Source of the DNA: Octopus bimaculoides
Taxonomy: Eukaryota
Length of the DNA stretch: 49,373 bases
Direction of reading: 5' to 3'
Assembly (NCBI RefSeq): GCF_001194135.2
Contig: NC_068986.1
Location: 109,482,575-109,531,947, forward strand
The number at the start of each line of letters is the position of its first letter. Position 1 is the stretch's first letter. Shown in pieces: positions 1-10,920 of this stretch. A program made the position numbers and the translations under genes. Below the pieces are notes generated by a model. It did no database searches and was not told the origin of the DNA. It saw only the letters and a list, made by a program, of their open reading frames with translations.

Positions 1-37
<37 letters not shown>

Positions 38-38
<1 letters not shown>

Positions 39-450
39 CCATATTCGATGACCGGCACCTGTGCCAGTGGAGCACTAACAGCACCATCCAAGCGTGATCA
101 TTGCCAGAGCAGTTGTCTAGCTTCTGTGCTAGTGGCATGTAAATACCACCATTTGAGCGTGATCATTACCAGCGTCGCCTTACTGGCACATGTGCCAGTG
201 GCACGTAAAAAACACCATTTTGAGTGTGGCTGTTGTCAGTACCACGTGACTGAGCCTCATGCCGGTGACACGTAAAAGCACCCACTACACTCTCGGAGTG
301 GTTGGCGTTAGGAAGGGCATCCAGCTGTAGAAACTCTGCTAGATCAGGTTGGAGCCTGGTGTAGCCTTCTGGTCCACCAGTCCTCAGTTAAATCGTCCAA
401 CCCATGCTAGCATGGAAAGCAGACGTTAAACGATGATGATGATGATGATG
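38..450 (+). mobile_element. 5'-truncated RTE 3'UTR/(GAT)n-tail copy
   Basis: Ends CCATGCTAGCATGGAAAGCAGACGTTAAAC(GAT)n. Related copies at about 1841-1960(-), 7843-8130(-), 9250-9395(+), 11230-11673(+), 12925-12965(+), 13420-13620(-), 17520-17628(-), 35190-35367(+), 44780-45110(-), 47890-48413(+). Confidence 0.8.
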
Positions 451-467
451 ATATATATATATATATA

Positions 468-1313
468 NNNNNNNNNNNNNNNNNNNNNNNNNNNNNNNNN
501 NNNNNNNNNNNNNNNNNNNNNNNNNNNNNNNNNNNNNNNNNNNNNNNNNNNNNNNNNNNNNNNNNNNNNNNNNNNNNNNNNNNNNNNNNNNNNNNNNNNN
601 NNNNNNNNNNNNNNNNNNNNNNNNNNNNNNNNNNNNNNNNNNNNNNNNNNNNNNNNNNNNNNNNNNNNNNNNNNNNNNNNNNNNNNNNNNNNNNNNNNNN
701 NNNNNNNNNNNNNNNNNNNNNNNNNNNNNNNNNNNNNNNNNNNNNNNNNNNNNNNNNNNNNNNNNNNNNNNNNNNNNNNNNNNNNNNNNNNNNNNNNNNN
801 NNNNNNNNNNNNNNNNNNNNNNNNNNNNNNNNNNNNNNNNNNNNNNNNNNNNNNNNNNNNNNNNNNNNNNNNNNNNNNNNNNNNNNNNNNNNNNNNNNNN
901 NNNNNNNNNNNNNNNNNNNNNNNNNNNNNNNNNNNNNNNNNNNNNNNNNNNNNNNNNNNNNNNNNNNNNNNNNNNNNNNNNNNNNNNNNNNNNNNNNNNN
1001 NNNNNNNNNNNNNNNNNNNNNNNNNNNNNNNNNNNNNNNNNNNNNNNNNNNNNNNNNNNNNNNNNNNNNNNNNNNNNNNNNNNNNNNNNNNNNNNNNNNN
1101 NNNNNNNNNNNNNNNNNNNNNNNNNNNNNNNNNNNNNNNNNNNNNNNNNNNNNNNNNNNNNNNNNNNNNNNNNNNNNNNNNNNNNNNNNNNNNNNNNNNN
1201 NNNNNNNNNNNNNNNNNNNNNNNNNNNNNNNNNNNNNNNNNNNNNNNNNNNNNNNNNNNNNNNNNNNNNNNNNNNNNNNNNNNNNNNNNNNNNNNNNNNN
1301 NNNNNNNNNNNNN
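468..1313. other. Assembly gap
   Basis: N run. Other gaps: 6548-6907, 14949-15519, 17629-17779, 19636-19656, 22654-22663, 30247-30423, 38942-38951, 42188-42535, 45712-45811. Exons could be hidden in them. Confidence 1.
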
Positions 1314-2071
1314 CAAGCTAACAGAATCCTAACCATGCTGCATAAAATGTTTAGTGGCATTTCCTCTGGCCCTTTAAGCCCTGGGTTTAAATTTTACTGA
1401 GGCTGGCTTTCCCTTTAATCCTTTCTGGGATAAAGAAATAAATACCAGTTAAATACAGGGGTTAATGTAATCAACTAGTGCCCTCCCCCATCAAATTTCA
1501 GGCCTTGTGACTAAAGTAGAAAGGATTATCTTTATTATTCATCACAAGCGCGCACACGCACGCACGCACGCGCACGCGCACACGCACACACGCACACACG
1601 CACACACACACACACACACACACAATCACTCAACGAAGCCAATGAAGATATTGAAGAGGAAAGGTCAGAAATGTTACACTAATGACAGTAAATGATCATT
1701 GTAGCCTGAAATAAATAATAAATGATGGCAACATTTTTATCTGATGACACAAATATGTGTGGACAGTAATATGTATCTTGTTACAATGAGTGGATTTGGT
1801 AGGCGGAAACTGAAAGAAGCCCGTTGTGTATGTATGTGCCATCATCATCGCTTAACATCCGCTTTCCATGCTGGCATGTGTTGGATGGTTTGACTGAGCA
1901 CTGGGGAGCCAGTGGCTGCACCAGGTTCCAATCTGATCTGGCAAGGTTTCTACAGCTGGAGATTTGAAGAAATAAAAATCCTTTAGTTGTCGTAGACTTG
2001 AACTGGTTGATATTCAAAAGATAAAGGGAAATATTCTAAATTTTAGGTAAAATACAAAAAGAAAGACTCAC

Positions 2072-2227
2072 CAGCCACCCAATAACATTGAGCAATAAAT
2101 TCACAGGAATGCCACCATATACATTTCCTCTGGGTAAGGAGGAGTTCCGGGTATTGCAAGAGATTTCGGCGTTTGATGAAAAGACAGGAGAGTAGATCTT
2201 TGATGATGCGAGAGAAATAGAGTCCAT
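2072..2227 (-). CDS. TMEM63: First coding exon of a TMEM63/OSCA (CSC1-like) mechanosensitive channel; gene continues leftward
   Basis: Translates to MDSISLASSKIYSPVFSSNAEISCNTRNSSLPRGNVYGGIPVNLLLNVIGWL. YGGIP.NLLLNVIGWL matches the pre-TM0 motif of animal TMEM63. ATG in strong context (acaATGG) with an in-frame TAG upstream; donor CTG|gtgagt at 2071; acceptor ttgcag| puts exon start at 2312. Paralogue (A/B/C) cannot be assigned. Confidence 0.85.
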
Positions 2228-4206
2228 TGTAATAAGAAGCTATTCTCTTGGTCGTGATTGGCAGAATGGCAACAACAACAGCTGGATGATGTGGCACACA
2301 CTTCAAACATATCTGCAACACAGGATATTTTGATGAAGATAACATTAAAAGATAAAAAATACAATGGTTCAAGGAGGGAGATTAATGCAGAGTTATAACA
2401 AAAATATTCTTTTCTATTCTAGGCACAAGGCCCGAAATTTTTGGGGAGGGAGCCAGTCGATTAGATCGATCCCAGTACATAACTAGTACTTAATTTATCG
2501 ACCCCAAAAGGATGAAAGGCAAAGTCAACCTCAGCAGAATTTGAACTCAGAATATAAGGACAGATGAAATACCGCTAAGCATTTTGCCCAGTGTGCTAAC
2601 GTTTCCGCCAGCTCACTACCTTGTATAACAAAATTATTATTAACAGATGGATTTACTTCAAGATACAATGTTGTTAATAAAGACTTATTGACATATTTCT
2701 CAATGGTTTTTACATTTGCATTCTAAAAGTAATCAAATTTTCTTATTGATCATTTGATGGAAGACAGTCAGAACGTTGCTTTATTGTAATCGGTAATATA
2801 TCAGTCTCCTAAAGTTAAAAGTTTTCTTTTTAATAAAGCTCTATATATGAAGAGAATTTTAAAATACAAAAATATCCCCCCCACCACCACCACCACCACA
2901 AAAGAAGTATGAAAAAAGAGAAGACTAATTGAAATTGCAAAAGAGAAAAATTAAAACGAACGTAATGATTTTGTCTAGGAATCTAAAGTAAACACGAAAG
3001 GTGTTTTTTGTTTGTTTATTAATTAAACAAAGTTTCGGCATTCATAAAATATATGCACCAAATATATCCAGTCAAATAGGAACCATTACAGACAGCAGAA
3101 GGAATAGCACCTCAGAAGTAGTTCCACAAATGGTTAACCACAGATGACTCCAGACATTTTCATCTGAGAAGGTTTGAATGATGTACTATGGCCAGTGTAA
3201 AAAAACATTCTTCAGAATTGGCTTTCTTGTAATATTACAAGGTTACCTTAAAAAAGAACACAATGGTTAATGTAGTCCAAGTTACACAATGCCCCCCACT
3301 CACCAAAAAAAAAAATAATAATTAACAGCCAAAGTGATTATATTGATCTGTTTGATCAAGGGTGACTTGAGTCCTAAACCACAAGTTTAGCTAATGACCA
3401 CAATTTTAAGGGGAACCAACCATTTGGCAACAGCTTTTGTATAAAAGCTGAGAGACAGAACGAGGGAGCATTTGCTCAGTCACTCAGTTTGCTGGAAATA
3501 ACAGAAATCCTACTTAAATGGAGTCAACAACATAATTATTAGCAGGGAAACTAGTTATATGACTAGCAATAAACATCTAGGCCAAGAACACATTGTCCAA
3601 TGTATTTAGGGTTACATTATGTTTGTTAAAAGAAAAAGACCAGATGGAAACAGCTGGAACACTTTTTGATCTGAGTAGATTTGCTTTAATCAAAGCAGAC
3701 AGACTTAAACAACATCATTAAATGTGGTTTCTCTTTATCGTCATCATTAGAAAGCATAAATAATAAAACATTTAAAGAGAGGTTTTAGCATTCACATAAA
3801 AATTAGCTTAGTCTTTTTCTTTTCTTTTTTTTTTTTCTTTTTCTACTTTGGTTTGTTTGTTTTACTGTAATTGAAGTTTTAGAATTGTAATCCAGTCATT
3901 AAAAAATACTTCCTCTAACACTTATTGGACACAGAGAAAAGAGCATAATTGACTAAATCAACCTCACTCTGATATCAACAGCTAGTTTAACATGGCTCTG
4001 AGACAGCAAGAGTAAAAAGTAGAAAGAAGGGGGGGGGGAAGAGATGGTAAAGATATGAATGTAATATAAATTTAAAAAATTTTTTAATAAATTTTATCGT
4101 AACATTTTCAGATTTTCTAAGAGGTCTTATTGGTATGATTCACAAACACAATGATGATGATGATAGTGAATAAATTATGGTCCTGACGATTAGATGAAGA
4201 TATAAG

Positions 4207-4540
4207 TGAAGGCTGTTGCTCGACTGAGACCCCCTTCGATGGGATTGCACCTAGAAAGTTACGCTCTCAGGTACAAGTCCGGGCAAGGTTGTTTATGGAA
4301 GACCAGCAGTCTCCTATGCATACCAGCCTCCCTTCTCCACGCTACCAGTGTTATCCAAGGGAAAGGCAAAGGGGCCAATACAGCTTGGTATCTGTGACAT
4401 CACAACTCATTTCTATAGCTGAGTGAACTGGAGCAACATGAAATAAAGTGCCTTGTTCAAGAACACAACATGCAGCCCGGTCCAGGATTCGAATTCACAA
4501 TCTGACGATCGTAAGATCGACGCTCTAACCACTGAGCCAT
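4207..4540 (-). mobile_element. tRNA-derived SINE family C
   Basis: Reverse complement begins TGGCTCAGTGGTTAGAGCG...TTCGAATCC then GTGTTCTTGAACAAGGCACTTTA; related diverged copies at about 37938-38230(+), 44470-44690(+), 46050-46320(+). Confidence 0.7.
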
Positions 4541-5260
4541 GGCTGTTGCTCTATTCGCTAATCTAATAATAATCCTTTCAACTATAGGCACAAGGCCAGA
4601 AATTTTGGGGGTGAGGGAATAGTTGATTACATCGACCCCGAAAGGTCAAAAGGCAAAGTCAACCCTGACGGAATTTGAACTCAGAACATAAGGACAGAGG
4701 AAATGCCACTAAGCAGTTTGGCCAGAGTGCTAACGATCCTGCCATCTTGCTGCCTAATAATAATTATAATTATTTCAAATGTTTTTTTGCCACAAGGGCA
4801 GCTTGGGGGAGGTAGGGATGAGTCGATTATATCGACTTCAGTGTTCAAGTGGTACATATTCTATCGACCCCAAAAGGATGAAAAGTAAAGTCAACCTCAG
4901 CGGAATTTGAACTCAGAATGTAACAACGGGCAAAATACTACTAAGCATTTCATCTGGTCTGCTAACGATTCTGCCAGCTCGCCGCCTTAATAATAATAAT
5001 AATAACCCTTTCAACTATAGACACAAGGTCTGGATTTTGTGGGGAGGGGAATAGTTGATTACATAGACCTCAGTACAAAACTGGTACTTGTTTCAGTTGT
5101 GGAAAAGTTTTAAAGATTTTATTTCAGGTTATGAAAATAATACTCCAATAATTGCAGAAAGAAAAGGTTTTCAATTCATTTTTGATACATTTCAGACTGA
5201 TTTGCTGTTGGCAATGCATTTCATATTACTGAGATCAATATGTTTTAGATATAGAAATAC

Positions 5261-5505
5261 CTTCCCATTGGTCATTTTCTGATTGGTGATGATTCTCGAG
5301 ATAAGTCAATCAAATGATCACTAAAAAATATTGGTAATTTTGTGGATCAAAAAATATTTCACACACACACACACACAAATTTCAGGAAATTAACCTGAAT
5401 CTGAACACAAGGTCACCAAAGTCAGAGTTTGGGTTATAAGTAGATTGAAGAAAGAGCCTGCCAAAATTGGACTGTTCTACACAAAAGCTCATGTTTGTTG
5501 TTAAG
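5261..5505 (-). CDS. Candidate pair of small exons (5395-5505 and 5261-5320) with a 74-nt intron
   Basis: ttggcag| ... TTCAG|gttaat then ttttttag| ... GAAG|gtattt; joined frame reads ...MSFCVEQSNFGRLFLQSTYNPNSDFGDLVFRFSDHLIDLSRESSPIRK*. No homology recognised. Confidence 0.25.
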
Positions 5506-8500
5506 CTGCCAAATATGGTTTAAGATAGTTCTTATTATGACAAAGTATTTCTGTTCAGTTCCTGTTTGGTACAGAGTAATTAAAAAATAAGTTTAGTTTG
5601 ATATCAATTTATCTCCAAAATGCAGTCATAGTAATAGAAATGACGAATCCTTTTCCTACACATTTCAAATGATAAAATATGTCACATGTTTTGAATTTTG
5701 TAATTTTATAGGTTCAGAAATAAACATTGAGGAAACCTCTTTATATAGTCACTCAATCTGCAAGAAATACCAACCCATCCTCTCAAACCACATCCTTAGA
5801 TGCCACCTTTGGTCAAGGCTGACCATGGGTATCGTGTCTGTCCATTTATTATCTAGGCTGGGCCGGTCAGCTTGAGCAGCGCCTCTTGTGGCTATGGAGA
5901 CCAATGCAAGAATGGCAGTCTTGGTCACAATAAAAAAAAATGACCCACTTGCATAGTGTTAATCTGAATACATTGTCTCAAATTAAGAGGAGGCAGTCAT
6001 ATCCAGAACACTGATTGTTCGGTCTACTTTACAAGAGCTAAGTGGAACAAACAATAACCCATTGAGAAACGGTTTTCTGTTTATGATGATGATGGTTGTT
6101 ACTTTTGACTCAAGAGTCATTTGTACTGTTAAATGGCAATTATATTTGAGAACACTTTCTTATTAAACTGAATTCCATTCAGCTAACAACTGGTATTTAC
6201 ATACAATAATTACCAATCTGTGTTTAGAGATTTATATATTGTTATCATTAGTGGATTATTCTTGTGTTATTTGTTTCATATTACAGAAATGAAAATGTCA
6301 GCTCAGAAAAATATGGTTGCTCTATTTCAAATGATTCATTAATACTCTTTTACTTGTTTCAGTCATTTGACTGCGGCCATGTTGGAGCACCACCTTTTAG
6401 TCGAGCAAATCGACCCCAGGACTTATTCTTTGTAAGCCTAGTACTTATTCTATCGGTATCTTTTTGCTGGACCACTAAGTTACGGGGACGTAAACACACC
6501 AACAACGGTTGTCAAGTGATGTTTCACACACACACACACACACACACNNNNNNNNNNNNNNNNNNNNNNNNNNNNNNNNNNNNNNNNNNNNNNNNNNNNN
6601 NNNNNNNNNNNNNNNNNNNNNNNNNNNNNNNNNNNNNNNNNNNNNNNNNNNNNNNNNNNNNNNNNNNNNNNNNNNNNNNNNNNNNNNNNNNNNNNNNNNN
6701 NNNNNNNNNNNNNNNNNNNNNNNNNNNNNNNNNNNNNNNNNNNNNNNNNNNNNNNNNNNNNNNNNNNNNNNNNNNNNNNNNNNNNNNNNNNNNNNNNNNN
6801 NNNNNNNNNNNNNNNNNNNNNNNNNNNNNNNNNNNNNNNNNNNNNNNNNNNNNNNNNNNNNNNNNNNNNNNNNNNNNNNNNNNNNNNNNNNNNNNNNNNN
6901 NNNNNNNAAAAAAAAAAAAAAAAAAAAACGTTTTATAACTGAGAGGCTTTGACTAGAATTTCTGTTTACTTGAAAGAAAAATTTAAACAAGATCATTTAA
7001 CATGTTTCTCATGATGGCATGGGTTGTCTGTTTTCCAAAACATGTTGCCTTCCTTGTAACAAACAAGCCACATCTCTCCATGATGTAGGGCAGGAAGGCT
7101 CAGTCACCATATTTATGATCACTAACTGTATTTGAACACATTACATCAATCCCTCGTTAACAAAGAAATATGCAACAACTCTTCCTTCAGAGATCTGACA
7201 TTTGAGGTGAATGTTTTTGTGTGGGGGAAGAAATGATATTTGTGTTAGAGCAACACTTCAAATTCCGGCTCTGCTAAAGTAGGTGGTAGGTAAATATACA
7301 AGATTAGTCATAGAATCCAAATATCTAATGTAATTGTGTAATTTTTTCTTATTTATTTTCATCCAACAAGTTTTTATTCCTTGTTTAAGTTTAGCAATCT
7401 GCTGAAGGAAGATAGTACAGTGATATATTTGAAATACGAGTTGATGCTTAAAGTAAACAATTGTATATACACATATATACACATATATACACATATATAC
7501 ACATATATACATGTATTTAAACTAGAATGTATCAGTAGTGTCCAGAGTTCTGTTATTAATATTCTGTCTACATTATACATACATGCACACACACACACAC
7601 ACACACACACCACCATCATCATTTAACATCCGTCTTTTATGCTGGCATATAATAAAGTAGTGAGATCCAAATGGCTGCTATACAAACAGTTGGTTAGCCT
7701 TTAGCAATATAAATATATGCCAGCTGCATTTAAATTGATGTAATGATTGCATTGTTCAATTAATTACATGGAGCCGCTTGAAACGGTCGTACTGCACCAC
7801 TATTTGATATCCTGATGCTTATTTTGATTTTATATATATATATCATCATCATTTAACGTCCGCTTTCCATGCTGGCATGGGTTGGACGGTTTGACTGGGG
7901 TCTGGGAAACCAGGAGGCTGCACCAGGCCCCAGTCTGATCTGGCAGAGTTTCCACAGCTGGATGCCCTTCCTAACGCCAACCACTCCGAGAGTGTAGTGG
8001 GTGCTTTTTTTACGTGCCTCTGGCACAGAGGCCAGAGTGGGCTGGTATCGACCACAATCAAATGGTGCTTTTTACGTGCCACCAGCACAGGAGCCAGTCA
8101 AGGCGGCGCTGGCATCGGCTACATTCGGTAGATAGACTTTATATTCTAAATGTTACTCGTAGATCTCAAAACCAATATTTAATTATTTCATGATGCAAAT
8201 ATAAGAAACAGTACAGTCTATTTAAGCAGTGCAGTTTTAGCTGTTGCTACAGTGTGTCATCAAATATACAGGACGAATATCTTTTACAAGATTGACAGGG
8301 GCAGATAAGTAGGAAATGGCTTGACCAGAACTGGTCAGAAACAGGGTATTTGCTTGTCCATTAAGAACTTCAGTAAATCAGAAAACCTTAGTGTATCAAT
8401 AATTAATTGACTGCCTTTCATCCTTTCAGGGTCCATAAATTAAGTACCAGTTGTGTACTGGGGTTGATCTAATCAACTGGCCCCCTCCCTAAAAATTTCA

Positions 8501-8627
8501 GGCCTTGTGCCTTGAGTAGAAAAGAATAATTAATTGACCTAGCAGCTAGCAAAGCATAATTTTTATGCGCATCAAATTTTCTGATTTAGTGAAGGTTTTA
8601 ACTGTAGTGCCTATGTATGTATGTATG

Positions 8628-8731
8628 TAACGTCGACCACTAACGTGGACAATTAATGCGCTAGAAATAGATCACAACAAGATGTGATCTATTTCTAGCG
8701 CATTAATTATCCACGTTAGTGGTCGACGTTA
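8628..8731. repeat. 49-bp inverted repeat with 6-nt loop
   Basis: 8628-8676 pairs with 8683-8731 with a single mismatch (8650/8709). Confidence 0.95.
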
Positions 8732-8873
8732 TTTTTTAAAATGTACCTTAATCCCCTGAGATTGCAGATAATATTTCTGAATCTCTTTGATTCTTTAAAT
8801 GTGCTGGCCCCCTGATAATTAATCGATATTAATTAATATATTAATATATGACTAATTACCAGATCTTATAATA

Positions 8874-8904
<31 letters not shown>

Positions 8905-10410
8905 TGTATGTACACGACAATCATTCCAGGATTGTCCCTTGTATTTAACTGCACACTGCAGCAATGGCTAAAACCTGTATTATATAGAGTATACAGTTCT
9001 ATATTTAAGAGATGAGGAATTATGTAAATAATGTTATATAGAGTATATTCTATACAATCAGTACATCGCTAATATTTTAAAATTATTTCAGATAATGTGT
9101 AGGAGTGGCTGTGTGGTAAGTAGCTTGCTTACCAACCATATGGTTCCGGGTTCAGTCCTACTGCGTGGCACCTTGGGCAAGTGCCTTCTACTACAGCCTC
9201 GGGCTGACCAAAGCCTTGTGGGTGGATTTGGTAGACGAAAACTGAAAGAGTGGTTGGCATTAGGAAGGGCATCTAGCTGTAGAAACCTTGCTAGATCGGA
9301 CAGGAGCCTGGTGCAGCCTCCTGGCTCGCCAGCCCTCAGTCAAACCGTCAAACTCATACCAGCATGGAAAGTGGACGTTAAACAACAACGATGATATACA
9401 ATGGTCTTCTTTCAGTTTCTGTCTACCAAATCCACTCACAAGGCTTTGGTTGGACTGAGGCTATAATAGAAGACACTTTCCCAAGGTGCCACACAGTAGG
9501 ACTGAACCTGGAACCATGTAGTTGGGAAGTAAGCTTCTTACCACACACTCCTGCACCTATGAATGATAAAATGTAAAAACATTTATAAAAAAAGATCAAA
9601 TTGTAATAAGTATTCACGTTTTTATCTTTCTCATTAAGTACATGCAGCCTTGAATTGACCAAAATTAACATTTTTAAAGATAAGCTTAACATTTGAATAC
9701 AGTTTTGTCCTCATATGTTTCTAATATCATAATACATTAAGTTTTCCTGCTTGATTTGGAGGAGTCTAACAGTGATAAATGATTCATTAATTATTAGGGA
9801 AGGGACCATTGAGGTGTCCGGCCAGTTTCCTGTCAATGATGGTTAGTAGATTTGTGTCCATGTGTGTTGAAGTAGCCATTATGGTGTCACCCAGAAAATT
9901 ACCATCCATTTCATTGCACACTGCAGTAATGGCCAAAACTTGTGCAAGTTATACAGAATATAGTCTATTAACATATTACGTCCCAGAGTACTTAAATTTC
10001 TGAATATTACTTTTAAATTTTTACAGATTGAGAAAAACAATTAAAACTCCTTTACTTCAAGTAGAAATGGAAATACTTGGTGTCATATAAATAGGACACT
10101 GAGACAATGAGACAATGTGATATAGCTTATTTAATGTTCTCATTTAGTGTCCTACTTATAGGACAGTGGGACTTAATGGGTTAAACAGAACATCAATAAT
10201 ATTTTTAATTATTTCAGATAATGCTGATATTTAGAGGTGATGCTTTATAATTCTTCATATAAATGCATTGATGTCACATGAATGATAAGGTGTAAAGTAA
10301 AACTACAAACATTCATTTGTTATTGAGGTAGTTTGTAAATAAAATTGTTGTAGAAACAATTAATTTACTTGGTCAGTCAGTTCTGACTGTAAAGCATATA
10401 GAGACAGGAG

Positions 10411-10571
10411 CAGGAGTGGCTATGTGGTAAGTAGCTTGCTTACCAACCGCCTAGTTCCGGGTTCAATCCCACTGCATGGCACCTTGGGCAAGTGTCTTCT
10501 ACTATAGCCTTGGGCCGACCAAAGCCTTGCGAGTGAATTTGGTAGACGGAAACTGAAAGAAGCCTGTCGTA

Positions 10572-10616
<45 letters not shown>

Positions 10617-10824
10617 TTGTGTGTCTGTGTTTGTCCCCCACCCAACATCGCTTGACAACTGATGATGTGTTTACGACCCTGTTACTTAGTGGTTCGGCAA
10701 AGAGTCTGATAGAGTAAGTACTAGGCTTACAAAGAATAAGTCCTGGGGTTAATTTGCTCGACTAAAGGCAGTGCTCCAGCATGGCCACAGTCAAATGACT
10801 GAAACAAGTAAAAGAGTAAAAGAG
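10411..10824 (+). mobile_element. tRNA-derived SINE family A, near full length, with internal (TA)n(TG)n and (AAAAGAGT) tail
   Basis: Head CAGGAGTGGCT.TGTGGTAAG...GGTTCA.TCCC, body, short-repeat tail. Other copies or halves at about 6343-6547(-), 9100-9250(+), 9400-9558(-), 12757-12910(+), 17348-17968(+), 18590-18735(-), 20868-21075(-), 21119-21326(+), 21575-21733(-), 22420-22650(-), 23908-24022(+), 26250-26460(+), 27625-28010(-), 39330-39580(-), 49148-49373(-). Confidence 0.85.
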
Positions 10825-10849
10825 ACATCACAGTATATGTACAATAGCC

Positions 10850-10920
10850 AGGACTGACATGTACAATAGGACTGATATGTAAATAGGACTGATATGTAAA
10901 TAGGACTGATATGTACAATA
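10850..10920. repeat. Minisatellite, four 17-18 bp units
   Basis: AGGACTGATATGTA(C)AAT repeated four times. Confidence 0.85.

Noticed and set aside
407-1360. Long ORFs made of X residues (also at 6.3-7.0, 14.9-15.6, 17.5-18.0, 30.1-30.7, 42.0-42.7 kb)
   Set aside because: They span N-gaps; artefacts of the ORF track.
5261-5274. In-frame TGA near an exon end read as possible selenocysteine (RK-U-PMGR)
   Set aside because: No similarity to known selenoprotein C-termini and no SECIS geometry found in the putative 3'UTR at 3000-3246.
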